Source: Alphaproteobacteria bacterium | GTDB lineage: Bacteria; Pseudomonadota; Alphaproteobacteria; Bin95 | Length of the DNA: 64,000 nt | Assembly: GCA_964291285.2 (NCBI GenBank) | Contig: OZ219787.1 | Coordinates: forward strand, 416,001 to 480,000 | Direction of reading: 5' to 3' | Position numbers and translations under genes: made by a program | Shown here: piece by piece, positions 22,432 through 31,385 of the stretch | Layout of the letters: every line of letters starts with the position of its first letter | Numbering within the stretch: position 1 is the first letter of the stretch | The notes under the pieces: model-generated | Told to the model about the DNA's origin: nothing | Seen by the model: the letters and a program-made list of their open reading frames with translations, nothing else | Database searches by the model: none

Positions 22432-22444
22432 TATCGCGCATAAA
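22411..22444. other. lox-like recombination site R (13-8-13), inverted relative to site L
   Basis: TTTATGCGCGATA-GCGACAGC-TATCGCGCATAAA; arms 11/13 identical to site L; core CGACAG is the reverse complement of site L core CTGTCG. Confidence 0.85.
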
Positions 22445-23242
22445 ACGGCGCGGCGGAATCCGACCTTGCGCCACCCCCGGGACGGCGCAAGTTATTGTCT
22501 TCGCGTCACTTTCAGGTTCCGAACGCTCGCTCTGCTGCCTGATCGGCGTCGTCCACGCGCCACAGGCTGATATCACGCCGGGAACAGGGGCGCCTGCGGT
22601 GCTTCGGAAACGAAAACGCTGCGCACGGCTGCCCGTGCGCGGCGCTGCTGTCGAGGCCGGGGCTGTGCTCCGGAACCCGCTACCCGGGTCCGGCGGGGGC
22701 GGACCGCAGAACCGGGCGCGGCGTTCCGTTTTTCGGCTGCCTGGGCTTCGTGCGCACATCTCCCGACTATTCCCTGTCTCCGCAGGCGCGCGTCCGCGGA
22801 GGATGCGCTTCAGGTGTCAGGTGGGAACGCGGTAGCTTGCATCCAGTTGCATTTTTCAATGCGATCCATTGGCGATGCTTATCCGCGAGTGCCGCAGCGA
22901 AGCCGGACCGGACTTCGCGTTCTCCCTTCTCCGCTCCCCCTTGTTAGCGAACCCGGGTCCGCATGGATAATGCCGGTCGCCAGAACATTCATGCGCACGC
23001 GGCATGCCGCGAGGCCGGAGTGTATGGCGCCGCCACGGATCGCGCGTCCCCAATCTGGGGGAGACTCCGGAAGAATTTGCGCGGCGTTTCGGCGAATTGC
23101 ACGAAGACGCATGCCCCCGGCGCCGCCTCGCGGCCTCCACTTTGCCGAGGCCCCGGCCCAGCACCCGCAGTAGATGCCGGGCAAGGCATGTCCGGAAACT
23201 CCATACCGCGTGTCAGGAAACGCACCGCCCACTTCGCTATGA

Positions 23243-24694
23243 GGTCGTGTCCCCAGGGGTGGTGTAGGAGCTGAAGCTTCCGGTGGTAGCTGTGGGTAAG
23301 TGGCCCGCCGCCGCGACCGTCTGGAGTCAGGCGGCGGCGGGCCACTTACCCACAGCGGAGGCCATCGCGGTGCCGGTTAGGGTTGGGCTGTCACAGTCCA
23401 CCTGACCGGAGGAGTACCACGATGACCACCACCGACATGATGACCCTGCGGGCGCTGTTGGAGAAGAGTTCCGACGCCGACCTGCTTCGCGAGATGATCG
23501 GGTTCACGGCCGCGCGTCTGATGGCGCTTGAGGTTGAGGGCCTTGCGGGCGCCGCGCACGGCGAGCGCTCGCCGGACCGGATCACGCAGCGCAACGGCTA
23601 CCGGGACCGGGTCTGGGAGACGCGGGCCGGCACGGTCGAACTGAAGATCCCGAAGCTGCGCAAGGGGAGCTACTTCCCGGGCTTCCTTGAACCGCGGCGG
23701 ATGGCGGAGAAGGCGCTGACGGCGGTGATCCAGGAGGCCTACATCAAGGGCGTATCGACCCGCTCGGTGGACGACCTGGTGCAGGCGATGGGCATGTCGG
23801 GCATCTCCAAGAGCCAGGTGTCGCGGCTGTGCGGCGAGATCGACGACAAGATCCGCGACTTCCTCGACCGGCCGCTGGAGGGCGACTGGCCGTATCTCTG
23901 GCTTGACGCGACCTATGTGAAGATGCGCGAGGCCGGGCGCGTCGTCTCGGTCGCGGTCACCATCGCGGTGGCGGTCAACGATCAGGGCCGGCGCGAGGTG
24001 CTCGGCATGGCGATCGGCGCGTCCGAGGCCGAGACCTTCTGGACCGACTTCCTGCGCTCGCTCGCCCGCCGCGGCCTGCGCGGCGTCAAGCTGGTGATCT
24101 CCGACGACCACAAGGGCCTGAAGGCCGCCGCCACCCGCATCTTCGGCGCCACCTGGCAGAGATGCCGCGTCCACTTCATGCGCAACCTGCTCGCCCATGC
24201 CGGCAAGCAGGGCCGGCGCGTCGTCTCCGCCTTCGTCACTACCGCCTTCGCCCAGGAGGATGCAGACAGCGCCTCCGCCCAGTGGCGCCAGGTCGCCGAC
24301 CAGCTCAGGCCCAAGGCGCCAAAGCTCGCCGCCATCATGGACGAGGCCGAGCACGATGTTCTCGCCTACATGACCTTCCCGGCCGCGCACCGCGCCAAGC
24401 TGCACTCGACAAACCCGCTCGAACGCCTCCACGGCGAGATCAAGCGGCGCACAAACACCGTCGGCATCTTCCCCAACGAGGACGCCATCACCCGGCTGAT
24501 CGGCGCAATCCTGCTCGAGCAGAACGATGAATGGGCAGTCCAGAGAGCCAGATACATGACGCTGGAATCCATCGCTCCCGTGAGCGACAATACAACCGTC
24601 AAGTTGCCCGCCGTGGCAGCCTGAGCGTTCCGGCCCTACCCGCCGGACACCGCTACGGACGCCAGGCTCTTACACCACCCGCGGGGGCACGATC
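23243..24694 (+). mobile_element. IS256-family element, copy 1 (1452 bp)
   Basis: Imperfect ~29-bp IRs (GGTCGTGTCCCC / GATCGTGCCCCC); 8-bp TSD CGCTATGA at 23235..23242 and 24695..24702. Confidence 0.95.
23422..24624 (+). CDS. IS256-family transposase
   Basis: [30 protein letters not shown] and STNPLER motifs. Confidence 0.97.
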   Translation: MTTTDMMTLRALLEKSSDADLLREMIGFTAARLMALEVEGLAGAAHGERSPDRITQRNGYRDRVWETRAGTVELKIPKLRKGSYFPGFLEPRRMAEKALTAVIQEAYIKGVSTRSVDDLVQAMGMSGISKSQVSRLCGEIDDKIRDFLDRPLEGDWPYLWLDATYVKMREAGRVVSVAVTIAVAVNDQGRREVLGMAIGASEAETFWTDFLRSLARRGLRGVKLVISDDHKGLKAAATRIFGATWQRCRVHFMRNLLAHAGKQGRRVVSAFVTTAFAQEDADSASAQWRQVADQLRPKAPKLAAIMDEAEHDVLAYMTFPAAHRAKLHSTNPLERLHGEIKRRTNTVGIFPNEDAITRLIGAILLEQNDEWAVQRARYMTLESIAPVSDNTTVKLPAVAA

Positions 24695-25042
24695 CGCTAT
24701 GACCCTACGCCGCGCGCACCGCAGGCGCGCGAGCCCGAGGAGAAAGCCGACATTGCACGCCGTTCCCCTCTCCCGCCGCAGGTCGCGACCTCGTCCGGAG
24801 AGTCACACTTGCCTTCGTTTCGTCAGAAACGCGGCCCGATGCGGCGACGGCGCGCGCAACCCGGCGGAATTCCTCGATTCACCGTTCTATCCACCGGACC
24901 GGGAGCGGGCGCTTGTCATCGTGCCGAAAGCGGTTGCGTTCAACCTCCAGACCCCGGCTGGCCCTTCACGAGGTCTTGCCCCTCGACTTCAAATCCCAGG
25001 GCACGATCACCGTGAGTGAGCGACCGGATCCTCGTCCGCTCC

Positions 25043-26494
25043 GATCGTGCCCCCGCGGGTGGTGTAAGAGCCTGGCGTCCGTAGCGGTGTCCGGCGGGTA
25101 GGGCCGGAACGCTCAGGCTGCCACGGCGGGCAACTTGACGGTTGTATTGTCGCTCACGGGAGCGATGGATTCCAGCGTCATGTATCTGGCTCTCTGGACT
25201 GCCCATTCATCGTTCTGCTCGAGCAGGATTGCGCCGATCAGCCGGGTGATGGCGTCCTCGTTGGGGAAGATGCCGACGGTGTTTGTGCGCCGCTTGATCT
25301 CGCCGTGGAGGCGTTCGAGCGGGTTTGTCGAGTGCAGCTTGGCGCGGTGCGCGGCCGGGAAGGTCATGTAGGCGAGAACATCGTGCTCGGCCTCGTCCAT
25401 GATGGCGGCGAGCTTTGGCGCCTTGGGCCTGAGCTGGTCGGCGACCTGGCGCCACTGGGCGGAGGCGCTGTCTGCATCCTCCTGGGCGAAGGCGGTAGTG
25501 ACGAAGGCGGAGACGACGCGCCGGCCCTGCTTGCCGGCATGGGCGAGCAGGTTGCGCATGAAGTGGACGCGGCATCTCTGCCAGGTGGCGCCGAAGATGC
25601 GGGTGGCGGCGGCCTTCAGGCCCTTGTGGTCGTCGGAGATCACCAGCTTGACGCCGCGCAGGCCGCGGCGGGCGAGCGAGCGCAGGAAGTCGGTCCAGAA
25701 GGTCTCGGCCTCGGACGCGCCGATCGCCATGCCGAGCACCTCGCGCCGGCCCTGATCGTTGACCGCCACCGCGATGGTGACCGCGACCGAGACGACGCGC
25801 CCGGCCTCGCGCATCTTCACATAGGTCGCGTCAAGCCAGAGATACGGCCAGTCGCCCTCCAGCGGCCGGTCGAGGAAGTCGCGGATCTTGTCGTCGATCT
25901 CGCCGCACAGCCGCGACACCTGGCTCTTGGAGATGCCCGACATGCCCATCGCCTGCACCAGGTCGTCCACCGAGCGGGTCGATACGCCCTTGATGTAGGC
26001 CTCCTGGATCACCGCCGTCAGCGCCTTCTCCGCCATCCGCCGCGGTTCAAGGAAGCCCGGGAAGTAGCTCCCCTTGCGCAGCTTCGGGATCTTCAGTTCG
26101 ACCGTGCCGGCCCGCGTCTCCCAGACCCGGTCCCGGTAGCCGTTGCGCTGCGTGATCCGGTCCGGCGAGCGCTCGCCGTGCGCGGCGCCCGCAAGGCCCT
26201 CAACCTCAAGCGCCATCAGACGCGCGGCCGTGAACCCGATCATCTCGCGAAGCAGGTCGGCGTCGGAACTCTTCTCCAACAGCGCCCGCAGGGTCATCAT
26301 GTCGGTGGTGGTCATCGTGGTACTCCTCCGGTCAGGTGGACTGTGACAGCCCAACCCTAACCGGCACCGCGATGGCCTCCGCTGTGGGTAAGTGGCCCGC
26401 CGCCGCCTGACTCCAGACGGTCGCGGCGGCGGGCCACTTACCCACAGCTACCACCGGAAGCTTCAGCTCCTACACCACCCCTGGGGACACGACC
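25043..26494 (-). mobile_element. IS256-family element, copy 2 (1452 bp)
   Basis: Same IRs as copy 1; its own 8-bp TSD TCCGCTCC at 25035..25042 and 26495..26502. Confidence 0.95.
25113..26315 (-). CDS. IS256-family transposase
   Basis: Translation identical to copy 1. Confidence 0.97.
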   Translation of the reverse strand: MTTTDMMTLRALLEKSSDADLLREMIGFTAARLMALEVEGLAGAAHGERSPDRITQRNGYRDRVWETRAGTVELKIPKLRKGSYFPGFLEPRRMAEKALTAVIQEAYIKGVSTRSVDDLVQAMGMSGISKSQVSRLCGEIDDKIRDFLDRPLEGDWPYLWLDATYVKMREAGRVVSVAVTIAVAVNDQGRREVLGMAIGASEAETFWTDFLRSLARRGLRGVKLVISDDHKGLKAAATRIFGATWQRCRVHFMRNLLAHAGKQGRRVVSAFVTTAFAQEDADSASAQWRQVADQLRPKAPKLAAIMDEAEHDVLAYMTFPAAHRAKLHSTNPLERLHGEIKRRTNTVGIFPNEDAITRLIGAILLEQNDEWAVQRARYMTLESIAPVSDNTTVKLPAVAA

Positions 26495-26905
26495 TCCGCT
26501 CCCGCCACCAATACTGATCTCGTTCCGCTGTACAATCTGCGTTTTATTTTCATTATGCAGGATTGCGGCGACTCTTGCCGGGGCGCGAAAAGTCAAGCTT
26601 ATTCCGTATGTTATGGCGCGCGCGCAAGCCGCCGGGCCCATAGCCGGTCTTCATGCCGGAAGGGGCGAAATTCAGCTGCTGACCACGACTGGCCCTTCAT
26701 GACCTTGATGTCGAATTTCTGATCGTGCCCCTCGCGTACTGGGCAAATCAATTCCGCTTCCGCCTGTCCGACCCCAGAGGCCCACTCCATGTGGTGGCGC
26801 AAATATGTACCATGGGCGCGGCCGTAACTTATCCCAGTAGTTCAAGGCAGAGTCTGCGGGCTTGGTCAGCGATGGAACATGCCTTGCTAGGGTTCTGACA
26901 GTTAG

Positions 26906-28919
26906 CCCGACTTCCGCAACTCGGCTTGAGAATCGACTGATTTGACGGTTTTCCGGCGCGAGAAGTGTCGGATTTCGGTGCAGTACCTCTCGGGACCGGC
27001 TTGTAGTGCCGACCTACCCCCTTGATCGGGCTGGCGAAGATCCGGACGCTGCGCTGATGTTCGTGCGCTGCAAGAGACGCTTCAAGGACGGCAAGGAGCA
27101 CCGCTACTGGAGCGTTGTGGAGAACGTCCGGGTCCACGGCGGTCGGGTTGTTCAGCGTCAGGTGCTCTATCTCGGGGAGATCAACGACAGCCAGCGAGCG
27201 GCGTGGTGCCGCTCGATCGAGGTGGTGGAGGGCAAGTCGCGATCACGGCAGATGGCGCTGTTTCCCGAGGACCGGGAGGCGCCGGCGCTGACTTGCGAAG
27301 TGGTGAAGATCGACCTCTCGCAGGTGGCGCTTCACGACCCGCGCCAGTGGGGGGCGTGCTGGCTGGCGCTGTCCTTGTGGGACCGCCTGGACCTGGACCG
27401 CTTCTGGGAAGAGCGGCTGCCGGCGAGCCGGCAAGGCACGCGGTGGCTGGACATCCTGAAGATCCAGGTCTGCTACCGGCTGATCGACCCGGGCAGCGAG
27501 TGGCGCCTTCACCGTCACTGGTATGAGCACAGCGCGCTTCGCGATCTTCTGGGTGGCGAGCGGGCGATCGCCGACGACACACTCTATCGCTGTCTCGACA
27601 AGCTGCTGGCGCACAAGCAGGGCTTCTTCTCGTTTCTGCGCGACCGCTGGGCGACGCTGTTCGAGGCGCGCTTCGACGTGCTGCTCTACGACCTGACCTC
27701 GACCTACTTCGAGAGCGATCCGCCGTTCGATGACAAGCGCCGCTTCGGCTACAGCCGGGACAAGCGGCCCGACTGCGTGCAGGTGGTGATCGCCCTGATC
27801 GTTACGCCGCAGGGCTTTCCGCTGGCCTATGAGGTGATGCCGGGCAACACCTCCGACGACACCACGCTGGCGGCGTTCCTCAAGAAGATCGAGGATCAGT
27901 ATGGCCGCTCCGAGCGGGTGTGGATCATGGACCGCGGCATCCCCACCGAGGAGACGCTGGCCGCGATGCGCGAGGGCGAGGCGCCGGTGCGCTACCTGGT
28001 GGGCACGCCCAAGGGCCGGCTGACGCGGCTCGAGAAGGTGTTCCTGGGCCTGCCCCGGCAGGAGGTGCGCCAGTCCGTGACTGTCAAGCTTCTGGTCGAG
28101 GATGGCGAGCTCTACGTCCTGGTGCGCAGCGAGGGGCGGCAGGTGAAGGAACGCGGCATGCGCCGGCGCCGGCTGAAGAGGCTGTGGCGTCGATTGGCCG
28201 AGTTGCAAGGGCAGTCGAACAGCCGGGATCAGTTGTTGCTCAAGCTCGGCGCCGCCAGGAAGGAGGCCGGCCGGGCCTGGAGCCTGGTCGACATCACCGT
28301 GCCCGGGACCGACAGCGAACTCGCCGCCAACGGCTTCTCATTCCGCCTGCAGCGCGACCGGCTGCGCCAGGTCCGCCGCCGCGAGGGCCGTTACCTGCTG
28401 CGATCCAACATGGTCGCCGAAGACCCCGCCACGCTGTGGCATCTGTACATGCAGCTCGTCGAGATCGAGCAGGCGTTCAAGGAACTCAAGCACGACCTCG
28501 CGATCCGCCCCATCTTCCATCAGCGCCAAGAGCGCATCGAGGCGCATATCTTCGTCTCGTTCATCGCCTACTGCCTGCTGGTGACCCTGAAGAACCTCGC
28601 CCGGCCGCGCGCCCCGGGCCTCACCCCACGCGCCATCCTTGAGGCCTTCGCCACCATCCAGATGGTGGACGTCCATCTGCCAACCACCGACGGCCGGCAC
28701 CTCGTCCTGCCGCGCCACACCCGGCCGAACAAGGAGCACGAGCTACTGCTGCAACAGCTCGGCATGACCTGGCCGCAGCAACCCGCACCCCGGATCTCCG
28801 CCTGACGGCACACGGCGCCGCCTCTCCGTTCGCCGCCTTGTAGTGCCGACCCTCGGGGAGACGATCAAGGCTATTCAATGAGTTAGCATCCTCATGACCC
28901 CCGAGTTGCGGAAGTCGGG
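26906..28919 (+). mobile_element. IS1634-family element A
   Basis: Perfect 19-bp IRs CCCGACTTCCGCAACTCGG; flanks GTTAG and ATAGC do not match, so no TSD. Confidence 0.9.
27057..28805 (+). CDS. IS1634-family transposase
   Basis: LYDLTSTYFE, GYSRDKRPD, IMDRG, IEQAFKELK and RPIFHQ motifs. Confidence 0.95.
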   Translation: MFVRCKRRFKDGKEHRYWSVVENVRVHGGRVVQRQVLYLGEINDSQRAAWCRSIEVVEGKSRSRQMALFPEDREAPALTCEVVKIDLSQVALHDPRQWGACWLALSLWDRLDLDRFWEERLPASRQGTRWLDILKIQVCYRLIDPGSEWRLHRHWYEHSALRDLLGGERAIADDTLYRCLDKLLAHKQGFFSFLRDRWATLFEARFDVLLYDLTSTYFESDPPFDDKRRFGYSRDKRPDCVQVVIALIVTPQGFPLAYEVMPGNTSDDTTLAAFLKKIEDQYGRSERVWIMDRGIPTEETLAAMREGEAPVRYLVGTPKGRLTRLEKVFLGLPRQEVRQSVTVKLLVEDGELYVLVRSEGRQVKERGMRRRRLKRLWRRLAELQGQSNSRDQLLLKLGAARKEAGRAWSLVDITVPGTDSELAANGFSFRLQRDRLRQVRRREGRYLLRSNMVAEDPATLWHLYMQLVEIEQAFKELKHDLAIRPIFHQRQERIEAHIFVSFIAYCLLVTLKNLARPRAPGLTPRAILEAFATIQMVDVHLPTTDGRHLVLPRHTRPNKEHELLLQQLGMTWPQQPAPRISA

Positions 28920-29123
28920 ATAGCGCCGGCAGACCGCCTCGGCGCGTGCGGCGAGCGCGGCGGCGATGGCGGCAGCGGGAGACGGGCCGTGGTGCATGAG
29001 GAACCTCCTTCCAGGTCGAGCGGGACGCCCGATACCGGCCGGCCTCCGCCTCCGGACGGCGCCGGAAGGCGAGCGGCCCGCGCCAGGCGCGGCGCCCGGA
29101 CGGACCGCCTCCGGTTCGGCTGC

Positions 29124-29153
29124 AAAAAAAGGCCGGCGCGCGAGGCGCCGGCC
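29124..29153 (-). terminator. Rho-independent terminator downstream of ssb
   Basis: Minus strand 9-bp GC stem (GGCCGGCGC / GCGCCGGCC) followed by T7. Confidence 0.8.
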
Positions 29154-29179
29154 CTGTGGGGAAGGAAGAGCGGGAAGTT

Positions 29180-29623
29180 CTAGAACGGGATCTCGTCCCC
29201 GTCCATCGGGTCGCCGCCAGCCGGCGCGAAGCCGTCCGCCGAGTCCGGGCCGGGCTGCGCGGCGTTGCCGTTCGGCTTGTCGAGGAACTGGACGCGCCCG
29301 CCGGGGACCAGCAGGATCTCGGTCGAGAAGCGGTCGCCGTCCTCACCCGGCCTGGACCAGCGCCGGGTCTGGAGCTTGCCGTCGACGTAGACCAGCCGGC
29401 CCTTGGTGGCGTGCTTCCCGAGCATGTCGATCAGCCCGTCCTGGAAGGTCACGACCCGGTGCCACTCGGTCCTGTCGACCTTCTCGCCGGTCTGCTTGTT
29501 GATGAACGACTCGTCGGTCGCGATGCTCAGGTTGGCGACGCGGCCGCCGTTCTGCAGGTGGTTGACGGTGACGTCCGCGCCGAGGCGGCCGATGATCTGC
29601 ACCTTGTTCAATCCGAAGCTCAT
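29180..29623 (-). CDS. ssb: Single-stranded DNA-binding protein
   Basis: LNKVQIIGRLGAD, TEWHRVV, GKLQTRRW and C-terminal DEIPF. Confidence 0.97.
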   Translation of the reverse strand: MSFGLNKVQIIGRLGADVTVNHLQNGGRVANLSIATDESFINKQTGEKVDRTEWHRVVTFQDGLIDMLGKHATKGRLVYVDGKLQTRRWSRPGEDGDRFSTEILLVPGGRVQFLDKPNGNAAQPGPDSADGFAPAGGDPMDGDEIPF

Positions 29624-29714
29624 TGCGATACTCCTTCAGGTTCGTGTTCATGACGATGGGTTGCGAACGACCGGAGGCCGGGACACCCTCCCGACCCCCG
29701 ACCGTTCAATCTCT

Positions 29715-29978
29715 TCAGGCCCTCCTCCCCTCCATGCCGCCGGGGGGGAACGACGACCACGGGTCCAGGGGCTCCGCCGCGTTCTGGAGGGACATCCCGA
29801 AGGCCGGTTCCGGGAAGAGGCTTGCGAAGCCGTGCTCCGGACAGGCCGCGCCCCCGTCGGGGCAGCGGATGGCGCGCTCGTCCTCGGCGATCTCGCGGAC
29901 GGTGCGACGGTCGACGCCGAGTTCGGCGAGCAGGTCGCAGCCGGTCGGAAGGTCGAGGGATGTATCGGGATGAAACAT
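29715..29978 (-). CDS. Hypothetical protein
   Basis: GGAG upstream of MFHPDT; co-oriented with the surrounding block. Confidence 0.45.
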   Translation of the reverse strand: MFHPDTSLDLPTGCDLLAELGVDRRTVREIAEDERAIRCPDGGAACPEHGFASLFPEPAFGMSLQNAAEPLDPWSSFPPGGMEGRRA

Positions 29979-30077
29979 GGCGGGAACTCCTCTGCCGGTG
30001 TCCGGTCCGGCATCGGCGCGGGGAGTTCCTCTCCTCCGCCCTGCCGGACACTCGCCCGGCAGGCGCTTCACTCCTCT

Positions 30078-30614
30078 CTACGACGGGGAGACGGCGCGGC
30101 GGATCGCGGCCAAGCGCTCGCAGACGGCGCGCGGCGGCATCGACCCCAGGTTCAGCACCGGGATGCCGCGGGTCCGGGCGATGCGGATGGCCATGCCCGT
30201 GCCGCCGGTTGACGCGCCGCGTTCGCTCCAGCACACGACCGCATCGACCGGGCGCTCCAGGGTCCCGCCGAGCACCACCGCCGCGTTCCGGGCATGCAGC
30301 TTGCGCACGGCCGGCGAACAGCGCTCCCAGGCCGGATGCAGGGGCGCCGCGATTTCCAGGCTTGCCGCCATCGCCGCCGGAGACAGGGTCCGGCAGTCGG
30401 CGCCGCGATGCCCGTTATAGCCCCGCCACGGCAGCCAGATCGTCCGCTGCTCTGCTGACGCTCCCGCCGCAAACGCCGCATCGGCGCCGCCCGCTCCGCC
30501 GCTCGACAGATGCCAGCCGGTCCGAGCCAGCCATCCCGCCATCGTGGTCATGTCGGCCAGCATCCCCGTCGGCGTCGCCCGCGCCCCGATCCCCGCATAG
30601 GTCAATGTCGTCAT
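30078..30614 (-). CDS. SLOG / DprA-like Rossmann-fold protein
   Basis: YAGIGARATP, SGGAGGAD, LHARN and GGTGMAIRIA motifs. Confidence 0.8.
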   Translation of the reverse strand: MTTLTYAGIGARATPTGMLADMTTMAGWLARTGWHLSSGGAGGADAAFAAGASAEQRTIWLPWRGYNGHRGADCRTLSPAAMAASLEIAAPLHPAWERCSPAVRKLHARNAAVVLGGTLERPVDAVVCWSERGASTGGTGMAIRIARTRGIPVLNLGSMPPRAVCERLAAIRRAVSPS

Positions 30615-31024
30615 GGTCCGATCTCCCCGGTTGCGTCCGCCGCGACTCCCTCCCGGTCATCGGCTTCGCTCCCGAACCGCTTTTCTACACCTCTGCGGCG
30701 CGAACGGGTCGGCCTCGCCTGCATTGCCGCCCCGGGGCATCGGTGCGCATGAACGGGCGGGGATCGATGGCGCGGCGCGGCGCGGGTGACGACAGATGGC
30801 GGTGGGCCGGCAGCGGAGCATGGCCGCCATGTGCGAGCCCCCATGGGCCGCCGGACGGCGCAGGGCCGGCTACGCAGTCGTGCGGCGGCCGAAACCGGGC
30901 GGCCCCGGCAAGACGGCGACGGGCCGGCTGCACAGCAGGAAGACGAAAGCGGTCGGGTCGCCCGTTCCGTCGCGCCGGAAAGGAGACGACATGGCGAAAG
31001 GAACGGTCGGAGGGCGATTCTGCC

Positions 31025-31294
31025 TCAGTGCCACGGCTCGCCGTCGGGATCGCCGTCCCCGGCGCGCATGGAGGCGGCAACCATGGCGGTCCAGGCCTCG
31101 CGGTCCAGGCCAAGCCGACGGTTCAGCCTGTCGCAAAGGCCGAGAGCATCGTCGAGATCGAGGGCGATGAGCGCGGTGGGGACATGCCCGGCGAGGCCCT
31201 CGATCACGATGCGGATCTGCTGGGCATCGACTTCGACGTCCCAGGCGGGCGCGAAGCAGAAGTTCGGGCAGTCCGGCAGGGTCTGCGCGGTCAT
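31025..31294 (-). CDS. Hypothetical protein
   Basis: AAGGAG ribosome-binding site before MTAQTLP; protein-like composition. Confidence 0.55.
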   Translation of the reverse strand: MTAQTLPDCPNFCFAPAWDVEVDAQQIRIVIEGLAGHVPTALIALDLDDALGLCDRLNRRLGLDREAWTAMVAASMRAGDGDPDGEPWH

Positions 31295-31385
31295 GGCGTC
31301 GGTCTCCTTGTCGGGGCGGGTCGGCGGCCGCCCGGCCGGCAATACGTATCCCGGCCGGGCATTGAACGGGGGAATTCTCCGGGAG

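Noticed and set aside
22963-25019. ORF of about 200 aa that rejoins after removing IS256 copy 1
   Set aside because: Arg/Pro-rich with no motif; frame continuity is not evidence of coding at this GC content.
23243-26494. Composite transposon
   Set aside because: Each IS has its own TSD and the outer flanks differ.
26611-26802. 63-aa ORF beside IS1634 A
   Set aside because: Could be a gene remnant but cannot be assigned.
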